Shown: positions 17,030 to 24,219 of the stretch, one piece after another
Layout of the letters: every line of letters starts with the position of its first letter
How positions within the stretch are numbered: position 1 is the stretch's first letter
IMG/VR virus record: IMGVR_UViG_3300027865_000001
DNA: 45,420 nucleotides
Source: a virus
Reading direction: 5' to 3' (one strand)
Notes under the pieces: generated by a model
Seen by the model: only the letters and a program-made list of their open reading frames with translations
Told to the model about the DNA's origin: nothing
The model's database searches: none
Position numbers and translations under genes: made by a program

Positions 17030-17076
17030 CCCGCTAGCAGGTTTAATTTCCTTTTCTTGCTAGCGGGTTTTTTTTT
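17030..17076 (+). terminator. Rho-independent terminator
   Basis: Perfect 10-bp stem cccgctagca (17030-17039) / tgctagcggg (17058-17067), followed by T9 (17068-17076). Confidence 0.85.
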
Positions 17077-17217
17077 ACCATAGACTATTTTGAAGGTGGC
17101 GGGTATTTATATCTCTCACCCCAATCTAGAACTAAGCTACGCAACAGTACTAAGCTGTGTCTTGAGGCTCTCTGTAAAGTGATCAACGTATTTTGCAAGC
17201 CTGATAGAATATCAAGA

Positions 17218-17363
17218 GCGTAGGCCATCTTCAAAGTAGTTTACTATTCCGAAGTAACTAATGAGGTAACTCCCATGAGGTAACCGTAATCATCTTATGA
17301 TGAAACTATATTTCTAAACCTCTAGAGAGGCAGCCCAGAATAAGTATCGCTGCCTCTCTTTTT
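17218..17363 (+). ncRNA. Candidate small RNA between two terminators (speculative)
   Basis: An extended -10-like TGATAGAAT sits at 17202-17210. There is no ORF longer than 6 codons with a start. The segment contains the direct repeat atgaggtaac twice (17261 and 17275) and ends at the terminator 17324-17363. Confidence 0.25.
17324..17363 (+). terminator. Rho-independent terminator
   Basis: Perfect 11-bp stem agagaggcagc (17324-17334) / gctgcctctct (17349-17359), followed by TTTT. Confidence 0.8.
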
Positions 17364-17383
17364 ATATATACTATTTAGCGTTA

Positions 17384-17413
17384 CTATCCATAGCTCGATG
17401 GCGCAATAGATAG
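17384..17413 (+). promoter_or_regulatory. Conserved 14-mer atagctcgatggcg (copy 2), upstream of the AT-rich TATATAAAA
   Basis: The 14-mer lies at 17390-17403, flanked by ctatc/gatag. The same acacacaa..aggaa RBS context seen upstream of 16141 follows it. Confidence 0.5.
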
Positions 17414-17444
17414 CATATATAAAAACACACAAGGAATACTTATC

Positions 17445-17618
17445 ATGGCAGTAGCCACAAGTAGACACGATATTATTATCACTCTAGTTTTAGATGAAGC
17501 TGAGGCTAGACTTATAAGAGACCTCACATTCGTCTGTATAGACGCTGAATCTTTAGAAAATCAGATGGTTAGGCAGAGCATCTATACAGCTTTAAACAAG
17601 CAACTACCTAGCGAGTAA
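17445..17618 (+). CDS. Small hypothetical protein (57 aa) ending at a TAA that is in frame with a start-less downstream ORF
   Basis: Hand-translated: MAVATSRHDIIITLVLDEAEARLIRDLTFVCIDAESLENQMVRQSIYTALNKQLPSE. An AAGGA SD lies 9 nt upstream. Confidence 0.6.
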   Translation: MAVATSRHDIIITLVLDEAEARLIRDLTFVCIDAESLENQMVRQSIYTALNKQLPSE

Positions 17619-17885
17619 AGTATTAGAAAGTATGAGCCAATCTGGTTAGCTCTAAAAACTAAGAACACCGCCTCTTGCGCCGCACCTATTGAGCAGCATA
17701 GAAAGATAGTACTAGGCGTAAGGAAGGAAAAGACTAAGGATATAGGCTGGAAATTAGAATGCCTAGAGCAAAGTACCCGCTTTAAATTATATGATGAATC
17801 AGATAACACCTTACTTACGTTTACTCTTAGGAAAGCCGAGTTACTATCGTACGCTACACTAACAGCCCGTGATTTAGGTGGATAA
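17619..17885 (+). CDS. Start-less 88-codon ORF continuing the 17445 frame (readthrough extension, non-AUG start, or nonsense-split gene)
   Basis: Codon-by-codon reading finds no ATG, GTG, TTG or CTG in 88 sense codons. The translation is SIRKYEPIWLALKTKNTASCAAPIEQHRKIVLGVRKEKTKDIGWKLECLEQSTRFKLYDESDNTLLTFTLRKAELLSYATLTARDLGG, followed by TAA at 17883-17885. An open frame this long is unlikely by chance in AT-rich DNA. Confidence 0.45.
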   Translation, partial: SIRKYEPIWLALKTKNTASCAAPIEQHRKIVLGVRKEKTKDIGWKLECLEQSTRFKLYDESDNTLLTFTLRKAELLSYATLTARDLGG

Positions 17886-17902
17886 ACTAAAGGAATCTAG
17901 TT

Positions 17903-18118
17903 ATGACACTTTCTCCAACAACGTTAGGATTAATGGCTACTGCATTAACAGAACTTCCGCTTGAGCTTAAGTTTATGCGCATACCGAAGTCTCGTAGATT
18001 AAATGCTAAAGGCTGTAATAGTAATGGTCTAAGGTATGATCAGATAGAGCGACGTAGGAAGTACTTACGTAGGAAGAACAGATTAATTCATGTACGCTAT
18101 CGGAGGGCAATAGCATGA
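17903..18118 (+). CDS. Hypothetical protein with a basic C-terminus (71 aa)
   Basis: Track ORF with an AAGGA SD. It has an ATGA overlap with the next gene. Confidence 0.65.
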   Translation: MTLSPTTLGLMATALTELPLELKFMRIPKSRRLNAKGCNSNGLRYDQIERRRKYLRRKNRLIHVRYRRAIA

Positions 18119-18387
18119 CAGCAACAACCCAAGCTTTTGAGATTAAAGAGAAGCTAGCACAGCTACAGAATGCACTGCTAGAATCTCTACCTACCATGCC
18201 TACACTACTGCGAGACATACATCGCTCACTTAAGAATGATCCTGATACAGTTACTCTGCTTAGCGAAGAAGAGTGTGCTATACTGGTAACAGGTCTTAAG
18301 AAACAGACACAAACAGAAATAGCTACTAAGGTTATTAAAGCTAAGCCACGCAAAGCTCTTAGCAAGCTGACTGTCGATGACCTGTAA
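18115..18387 (+). CDS. Hypothetical protein (90 aa)
   Basis: Track ORF, translationally coupled on both sides. Confidence 0.7.
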   Translation: MTATTQAFEIKEKLAQLQNALLESLPTMPTLLRDIHRSLKNDPDTVTLLSEEECAILVTGLKKQTQTEIATKVIKAKPRKALSKLTVDDL

Positions 18388-18557
18388 TGACCCAGCTTAC
18401 TAAACGAGAACAAAAGTATTTTAATGCATACACTACAAGAATCAATGTTCTTGAGAATGCAATCATACAAGCGTTGCTTTGCCTACAGCAAGAACCTAAA
18501 TTAGTTGTAACAGCAGTTAAGATACTTGATGAAGCGGTAGAGAGTGATGGCTCTTAG
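18387..18557 (+). CDS. Small hypothetical protein (56 aa)
   Basis: Hand-translated, below the track cutoff: MTQLTKREQKYFNAYTTRINVLENAIIQALLCLQQEPKLVVTAVKILDEAVESDGS. It has a TAATG overlap with the upstream gene. Confidence 0.55.
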   Translation: MTQLTKREQKYFNAYTTRINVLENAIIQALLCLQQEPKLVVTAVKILDEAVESDGS

Positions 18558-18876
18558 TAGCCATTCGGGTATCATACTAGAGCGTTTTAAGCAATCCCGT
18601 ATAGCTGATACTGTACCCACACCTCTAGCTACCTATCTATATATCTATACCAATTGTGATTATGAAGCATACCTGAATTACATGGAAGGAGCCATAGCAT
18701 TAGCTAAGTACCTCGCTCCGATAGATATACAGATAGTTACTGCTATTGTACCTGATATGCTCGCATCATATGAACTAACAGAGCTAGCTAGAGTACTAAA
18801 ACCACACATAACTATACCCCTCAGTACAATTCAAATCGAGAATGCAATCTATGAATACCTTACCAAATCTAGATAA
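18544..18876 (+). CDS. Hypothetical protein (110 aa from GTG at 18544; ATG at 18547)
   Basis: Track ORF that overlaps the 56-aa ORF by about 11 nt. Confidence 0.65.
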   Translation: MMALSSHSGIILERFKQSRIADTVPTPLATYLYIYTNCDYEAYLNYMEGAIALAKYLAPIDIQIVTAIVPDMLASYELTELARVLKPHITIPLSTIQIENAIYEYLTKSR

Positions 18877-19930
18877 GTTCTTATCCACTAATAATCCTAT
18901 CTCTATGGCATCTGATCCATTAGCTGTATCTATAGCTAACGAAGGAGAGAAGCTAGAAAATATACCAGTAATAGTAGAGCTAGCAGAAAGCGAGATAGAT
19001 CCTAGGCTACAACTCTTATCTCATTCCTCTCGTACTCTCTTACATACTTGCCCTCGTAAGTACCAGTTATACAGGCTATCAGCTACAGAGACAGCACTAG
19101 CTGATGAGAAAGAAGCAGAGCAAGAAGTTACCTTTGCTTATGGTCATGCTGTAGGCACAGGCGTAGCATCTACATTAGAAGGTAAAACAGAAGAACAAGT
19201 AATAATAGATACCTTTTTAGCGTGGAATACAGAGCTACTAGATACTAACCCTAGACAGAATAAATCTTACTGGTTAGCGCAATTTGCTGTACAAAAATTT
19301 TTAGACATGCGTACTCAAGGATTCTTAGTAGACTACGAATTAGTATGGTATGAAGGTAAGCCCGCCACTGAGTTAGGATTTCAAATACTATTACCTGATG
19401 GATTCCGCTATCGTGGCTTCGTAGACGCAGTATTGCAGCATAAGATTAATAAAGATATTATGGTACTAGAATGTAAGACTACTAGTATGACTGCACAACC
19501 AGCTTTATATAAAAACTCAGGTCAAGCTGTAGGTTACAGCGTAGTACTAGATATAATGTTTCCTGAACTTAGCTCATACACCGTACTGTATCTCGTGTAT
19601 GAAAGTAAATCCTATTCCTATAAGCAGCTACCATTCCAGAAGTCGCTCCTCCAGCGTGCTCTGTGGCTGCAAGAACTCCTAATAGATACCCAAATTGTTT
19701 CACTATATGAAAGCTATGAAACCTATCCTTTACATGGGGAGTCTTGCTATGACTTTTTCCGTGACTGTGAGTATCTGAGTCTGTGTACGCTAGCTACTAA
19801 GAATCTTACTAAGCCTCTTACTGATAAGCTAGTAGAGAAGATAGCAGTAGAGCAGGAAGGGTATGAATTTACTGTGTCATTTGAAGAGCTAATCGCAGCA
19901 CAGATAGCTAAGGCAACTTCTAATGAATGA
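18842..19930 (+). CDS. PD-(D/E)XK exonuclease, Cas4/RecB-like, with a probable Fe-S cluster
   Basis: 362 aa. It has the D...ExK motif (FVDAVLQ...MVLECKTT), the QxxxY motif (GQAVGY), an N-terminal Cys (HTCPRKY) and a C-terminal Cys triad (CYDFFRDCEYLSLC). The exact start is uncertain (18842, 18851 or 18905). Confidence 0.8.
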   Translation: MQSMNTLPNLDKFLSTNNPISMASDPLAVSIANEGEKLENIPVIVELAESEIDPRLQLLSHSSRTLLHTCPRKYQLYRLSATETALADEKEAEQEVTFAYGHAVGTGVASTLEGKTEEQVIIDTFLAWNTELLDTNPRQNKSYWLAQFAVQKFLDMRTQGFLVDYELVWYEGKPATELGFQILLPDGFRYRGFVDAVLQHKINKDIMVLECKTTSMTAQPALYKNSGQAVGYSVVLDIMFPELSSYTVLYLVYESKSYSYKQLPFQKSLLQRALWLQELLIDTQIVSLYESYETYPLHGESCYDFFRDCEYLSLCTLATKNLTKPLTDKLVEKIAVEQEGYEFTVSFEELIAAQIAKATSNE

Positions 19931-20126
19931 GATAACAGAAGATCCTATGAAAACTCTCATACGTGAAGTTATAGCAGAAGGTAGAGAGCTACGAGAATTT
20001 AAGCAGTCTGTAAGGAAGCACCTTATTAAGACTGGTACAGGTAGTAGAGAAGTTATCAGTATGCGTATTAAAGAATCTCATAAAAGAATAAATGCATACT
20101 GGAAAGAGATAGAAGCTGAGTCATGA
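19923..20126 (+). CDS. Hypothetical protein (67 aa)
   Basis: Track ORF that overlaps the nuclease gene by 8 nt. Confidence 0.6.
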   Translation: MNEITEDPMKTLIREVIAEGRELREFKQSVRKHLIKTGTGSREVISMRIKESHKRINAYWKEIEAES

Positions 20127-20217
20127 AAGTTTCTAGTAACCATAGATATGCTAGAGACATAGCTAATCTAATAGCTTGGCTCGAATATCAAATCCTAATG
20201 AAAGAGGAGATAGGACA

Positions 20218-21126
20218 TTGGCTAAACTAAACACACTAGAATCAACAAAGGTACATAGGTGTTTGCTATTTGGGCCACCTAAAACAGGTAAGACTTTACT
20301 AGCAGGTAAACTGGCAGAATTCTATAACCTAATCTGGGTAGATTTTGAGAACGGATATGAAACACTATTTCAATTACCTACAGCCTATCAAGAGCGGATA
20401 GAATTAATTACCATACCAGACACTCGCTCTTATCCTATGGCTATAGAGACAGGTCTTAAAATGGTTAAGCAACCCTGTGTCATATGCGAGGCTCATGGTA
20501 AGGTAGGTTGTATGATCTGTCAAAGGGAGAATACACCAGTAATTAATACTGATCTTCCTAACTTAAGAGATCTAGATACTGTAGTAGTATTTGATTCTAT
20601 GACACAGCTTACTAACAGTGCTATAGCTAATATAACTAAAGCTGAAGCTGATGATTACAAACTAGACTATGATGACTGGGGTAATCTTGGTAAACTATTA
20701 GATATATTCTTATCTCATATCCAACAATCAGGCTATCATGTGATTGTAATCAGTCATGAGATTGAAGCTAAAACTGAAGGTAAGAAAGCTAGACTAGTAC
20801 CAGTAGCAGGTACTCGTAACTTCAGTCGTAACTGCGCTAAGTATTTCGATCACATAGTATATTGTGAAGTAAAGAATAGAAAGCATACCTTTACTTCTTC
20901 TACTACAGCTAGTACTAACATACTAACTGGCTCTCGTACAGGTATAGCAATAGAGAATGCAACGGCTGAAGCTAGCTTGTTACAAATCTTCAAACCAGAC
21001 TTATACCCTACTCCAGATGCACCAGTAGTAACATTAAGTACTAAGAAAGTTAAACCAAAACCAAAATCTACAGGAGGTGTCTCAGCTCTATCCGTTCTAG
21101 CTAAACTAAAAGAAAAACAGAAATAA
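20218..21126 (+). CDS. Sak4-like (AAA_24/RecA-fold) recombination ATPase with an inserted CxxC...CxxC zinc ribbon
   Basis: Walker A FGPPKTGKT, Walker B VVVFDSMTQL, and the insertion CVICEAHGKVGCMIC. I prefer the TTG at 20218, preceded by AAGAGGAGA, over the track's TTG at 20176, which has no SD. Confidence 0.75.
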   Translation: MAKLNTLESTKVHRCLLFGPPKTGKTLLAGKLAEFYNLIWVDFENGYETLFQLPTAYQERIELITIPDTRSYPMAIETGLKMVKQPCVICEAHGKVGCMICQRENTPVINTDLPNLRDLDTVVVFDSMTQLTNSAIANITKAEADDYKLDYDDWGNLGKLLDIFLSHIQQSGYHVIVISHEIEAKTEGKKARLVPVAGTRNFSRNCAKYFDHIVYCEVKNRKHTFTSSTTASTNILTGSRTGIAIENATAEASLLQIFKPDLYPTPDAPVVTLSTKKVKPKPKSTGGVSALSVLAKLKEKQK

Positions 21127-21180
21127 GATATACATACTATATCTATTCAATTTATTCATTCATTCATAGGAACTATTACC

Positions 21181-21639
21181 ATGGAAACACCTACACCAGA
21201 AGTACCTTCGCAGCTTGATGGTCTTGATAACCTTCTTGATGCTACGCTAGATGATCTTGAAGATCTGCCAGAGTTTACACCTTTCAAACCGGGTGCTCAC
21301 AAAGTTACTGCTTCTTTTGAAGAGAAAGAGATTAACGATAAGCAGTCAGTAGAACTTAGCTTTGTGCTTATTGAAACTCTAGAACTTGCTGATCCTCAGG
21401 AAGAGAAAGATCAGCCCGGACATACTAGCAGTATAGCATTCATGTTAGAGAATGAGTTTGCACGCGGTAATCTTAAGAAGTGTGCAAAACCTTTCGGTGA
21501 AGCATTGGGACTTAGTACTGTCCGACAGATAGTAGAAGGAGTTAAGGATGTAGAGTGCCTTATTCTTACTACTACTCGAAAGGACAAGCAAGATCCTGAC
21601 CGCTTGTACTTGCAGATTAAAGAGATACAAGTCACATAG
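21181..21639 (+). CDS. DUF669-like ssDNA-binding protein candidate
   Basis: 152 aa with an acidic N-terminus followed by FKPGAHKVTASFEEKEINDKQSVELSFVLIE. It sits immediately after the Sak4-like ATPase, which is the usual AAA_24 + DUF669 pairing. A terminator follows. Confidence 0.55.
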   Translation: METPTPEVPSQLDGLDNLLDATLDDLEDLPEFTPFKPGAHKVTASFEEKEINDKQSVELSFVLIETLELADPQEEKDQPGHTSSIAFMLENEFARGNLKKCAKPFGEALGLSTVRQIVEGVKDVECLILTTTRKDKQDPDRLYLQIKEIQVT

Positions 21640-21661
21640 TATCTTACAGAGCACGGAGATG

Positions 21662-21695
21662 GCCCTGCTACCGATCGTTGGTAGTGGGGCTTTTT
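21662..21695 (+). terminator. Rho-independent terminator
   Basis: 11-bp stem gccctgctacc / ggtagtggggc (including two G-U pairs), loop gatcgtt, then TTTTT (21691-21695). Confidence 0.65.
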
Positions 21696-21719
21696 AGGTA
21701 TAAGAACTAGGAGAATATC

Positions 21720-21896
21720 ATGGGATATAGTATTAGGGAGCATCTTAGATTTAAACTGTTTGATGCTCGTAAGCATGATCTACCAATGCCAGATGATGAA
21801 ACTTCGTATCCTAAGAAGCTTGAAGATCACTTAAATCAAGAGATGGATAAGTTAAGTGAGTGGCTAGTGAACCAGTATTGGAATGAACACACATGA
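21720..21896 (+). CDS. Small hypothetical protein (58 aa)
   Basis: Hand-translated, below the track cutoff: MGYSIREHLRFKLFDARKHDLPMPDDETSYPKKLEDHLNQEMDKLSEWLVNQYWNEHT. A strong AGGAG SD lies 7 nt upstream. Confidence 0.65.
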   Translation: MGYSIREHLRFKLFDARKHDLPMPDDETSYPKKLEDHLNQEMDKLSEWLVNQYWNEHT

Positions 21897-21930
21897 GTAG
21901 CTCTTATAGATTTAGGTTGGATACCTCCAA

Positions 21931-24219
21931 ATGAATAGCAAGGTATCACTAGCTAATCATATAGCTAACTTAAAGAAAGCGCAGCCTACTAAAATCATAG
22001 CAGATGATGCTATGCTATTCTTAGGCACTCATATGGATAAGTCATACCTACGTATGCTTAAGTCCTGTACCGCTGGAACCTCTTGCTTTCTGTATCTCGA
22101 ACCTGTTACTACACTCATGCAGGTAGAGATGTATTGTGCTAAAAAAGGTATCACTAAGATACTAAGTACAAGCGTACCACTGCTACGGAAGCTACTGAAT
22201 TGGGACAAGAAACGCGCGCCTTCATTATCAGATTATGCTGGTAGCCACTTCTGGCATAAGGATCTTGAGATAGTATTCTTACCACCGCTGAAGTCTCTGG
22301 CTACAGTGACGTATGGTAAGTTTCTTACTACTCGGTTCGTAGATAAACTTATTAAGCAGGACACTTGGTATAAAGAGACAGAGTTTACTGGCTGGAACTT
22401 ACTTAATCCTAGCAATGAAACTTATTGGTATAAAGAATTTTCATCAGATGCTTGTTTCCTTATAGCTGTAGATATAGAAACATTTAAAGAAAATGCTACT
22501 ATAAGATGTCTCTCATATACAGGATTCTTCTATGCTGATACTGGAGATATATATAGCGACTCTCTAGTACTCCCTATGGACTCTACCTACAACCTATCAA
22601 TCATGCGTAAGTGGAATAACTTACCAGCACCAAAGGTATTACAAAATGGAAAATATGATGTTAGCTACCTTAGCCGTTACAACGCTCCTTTGTTCAATTA
22701 CCTTTATGATACTGCTCATTTGTTTCATTCATGGTACAGCGAGTTACCAAAGGACCTTGGATTTCTCAATTCGTTTTTCATTCGTGAGGCAACGTATTGG
22801 AAAGACCTTGCAGAAACTAACGATCTTTATGAATATTATAGGTATAATGCTCTTGACACTTGGGGTACTGGTAATGCTTTCCTCGCTATGTTACTTGAAG
22901 CTCCTGCTTGGGCTTTAGATAACTATGCACTAGAGTTTCCTTTAGTATTCCCTTGTCACTTAAGCGAGATGACAGGTATAGCTAGAGACATGGAACGGAT
23001 GACTGATGCTAGGAAGGCAGTAGTAGAGAAACAAAAGATACTACAAGACCAGCTTAATACTATCTTAGGTATACCTGAAGGTCATGACTTTAATGTAAAC
23101 GGACGTTATAATATGCGGTCGTTGTTAGATCTCTTAGGCTGTAAGGATATAAAGAAGGCAGATAAGCTTGCTCTTAAGAAGGTAAAGTTCAGACACCCTT
23201 TCAATGCAAAAGTTATTAATCTAGTAATTAAAATAAGAAAGTATAGGAAGCTGGTATCCACTTATATTACTGCGGGTAAGGAGTTCTCTAGACTAGATGG
23301 TATTGGTTCTCGTATTCTCTATGCTCTCAATCCTCACGGTACTGATACCAGTAGACTTGCTAGTAGAGAACATCACTTTTGGTGTGGCTTACAGATACAG
23401 AATATAAATAGAGGGCCAGCAGTTAAACAAACTTTTATTAGTGATCCCGGCTTCTTATGGGGAGAAGCTGATTACGCTCAGGCTGAGTCAAGAGATACAG
23501 CTTATATTAGCGGTGACGCTACATTGATAGATACAGTAGAGAATGCTCCTGACTTTCATAAGCGTAACGCTGCCTTATTCTTTGGTATGGTGGAGGAGAA
23601 AGTTACATATGCTATACGAGTAATAGCTAAGAATGTAAACCATGGTGCTAACTATAACATGGGTTGGTCAGTTCTTATAGATACTATGGGTGAGGAAAAT
23701 GTAGCTATAGCTAGGAAGCTACTAGGACTACCATCATACTGGTCGCTAAGACAGGTAGCAGAGTACTTACTTGAAACATTCCATAAAACCTATCCTGATA
23801 TAGAAGGTGTAATGTATCCGGGTGTCATAGAGGAAGTGCTTACTACTGGTATGTTAGAAAGTGGTGGTTGGATGAGAAGATGCTTCGGTAATCCTGCTAA
23901 AAGTAAGTCAGTTCTGAATTCGTATATAGCACACAAGCCACAGTGTCTTAATGCACAGACATTGAATAAAGCTTACTTGCAAGTGTTTAAACTTATCTGC
24001 CTTAACCCTAAGCACGCTCCTAACTTTAAGCTCATAGCTCAGATACATGATAGTATACTCTTTCAGTACCGAGAAGGGCATGCGTACCTATGTAGTATGG
24101 TTAAAAGTATCATGGAAATGGGTGTAACTGTCACTGGATATGATAAGGTAGAGCGTACCTTTGTAGTACCTGTAGATTTAAACCATGGAGTTAAGTACTG
24201 GAGTGAGCTTAAGCAATGA
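21931..24219 (+). CDS. Family A DNA polymerase with a 3'-5' exonuclease domain
   Basis: 762 aa. Exo I is AVDIETF, motif A is ADYAQAESRDTAYISGD, motif B is RVIAKNVNHGANYNMG and motif C is IAQIHDSILF. Confidence 0.9.
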   Translation: MNSKVSLANHIANLKKAQPTKIIADDAMLFLGTHMDKSYLRMLKSCTAGTSCFLYLEPVTTLMQVEMYCAKKGITKILSTSVPLLRKLLNWDKKRAPSLSDYAGSHFWHKDLEIVFLPPLKSLATVTYGKFLTTRFVDKLIKQDTWYKETEFTGWNLLNPSNETYWYKEFSSDACFLIAVDIETFKENATIRCLSYTGFFYADTGDIYSDSLVLPMDSTYNLSIMRKWNNLPAPKVLQNGKYDVSYLSRYNAPLFNYLYDTAHLFHSWYSELPKDLGFLNSFFIREATYWKDLAETNDLYEYYRYNALDTWGTGNAFLAMLLEAPAWALDNYALEFPLVFPCHLSEMTGIARDMERMTDARKAVVEKQKILQDQLNTILGIPEGHDFNVNGRYNMRSLLDLLGCKDIKKADKLALKKVKFRHPFNAKVINLVIKIRKYRKLVSTYITAGKEFSRLDGIGSRILYALNPHGTDTSRLASREHHFWCGLQIQNINRGPAVKQTFISDPGFLWGEADYAQAESRDTAYISGDATLIDTVENAPDFHKRNAALFFGMVEEKVTYAIRVIAKNVNHGANYNMGWSVLIDTMGEENVAIARKLLGLPSYWSLRQVAEYLLETFHKTYPDIEGVMYPGVIEEVLTTGMLESGGWMRRCFGNPAKSKSVLNSYIAHKPQCLNAQTLNKAYLQVFKLICLNPKHAPNFKLIAQIHDSILFQYREGHAYLCSMVKSIMEMGVTVTGYDKVERTFVVPVDLNHGVKYWSELKQ

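Noticed and set aside
17077-17323. tRNA gene in the ORF-free segments (also 8640-9116 and 10279-10798)
   Set aside because: I could not find a cloverleaf-compatible sequence or a GTTCGAATC-like T-loop by eye. A tRNAscan-SE run would be the definitive check.
17632-17649. ATG at 17632 as the start of the distal ORF through a frameshift
   Set aside because: That frame stops after 5 codons (ATG AGC CAA TCT GGT TAG). I could see no slippery heptamer or downstream structure to support a -1 or +2 shift.
17582-17809. 75-aa minus-strand ORF
   Set aside because: It is antisense to the long open plus-strand frame 17445-17885. It has no SD and a low-complexity hydrophobic translation, so the plus-strand frame is the more plausible coding frame.
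18006-18470. 154-aa minus-strand ORF
   Set aside because: It is antisense to three tightly coupled plus-strand genes. Its translation is Ser/Cys/Leu-rich and low-complexity, and it has no RBS.
21411-21776. 121-aa and 69-aa minus-strand ORFs
   Set aside because: They are antisense to the SSB-like gene, its terminator and the 58-aa ORF. Their translations look implausible.
22646-22918. 90-aa plus-strand ORF in an alternative frame of the DNA polymerase gene (also 24787..24996 within the helicase candidate)
   Set aside because: These are out-of-frame overlaps inside genes with clear catalytic motifs. The hydrophobic translations are an artefact of T-rich codon positions.
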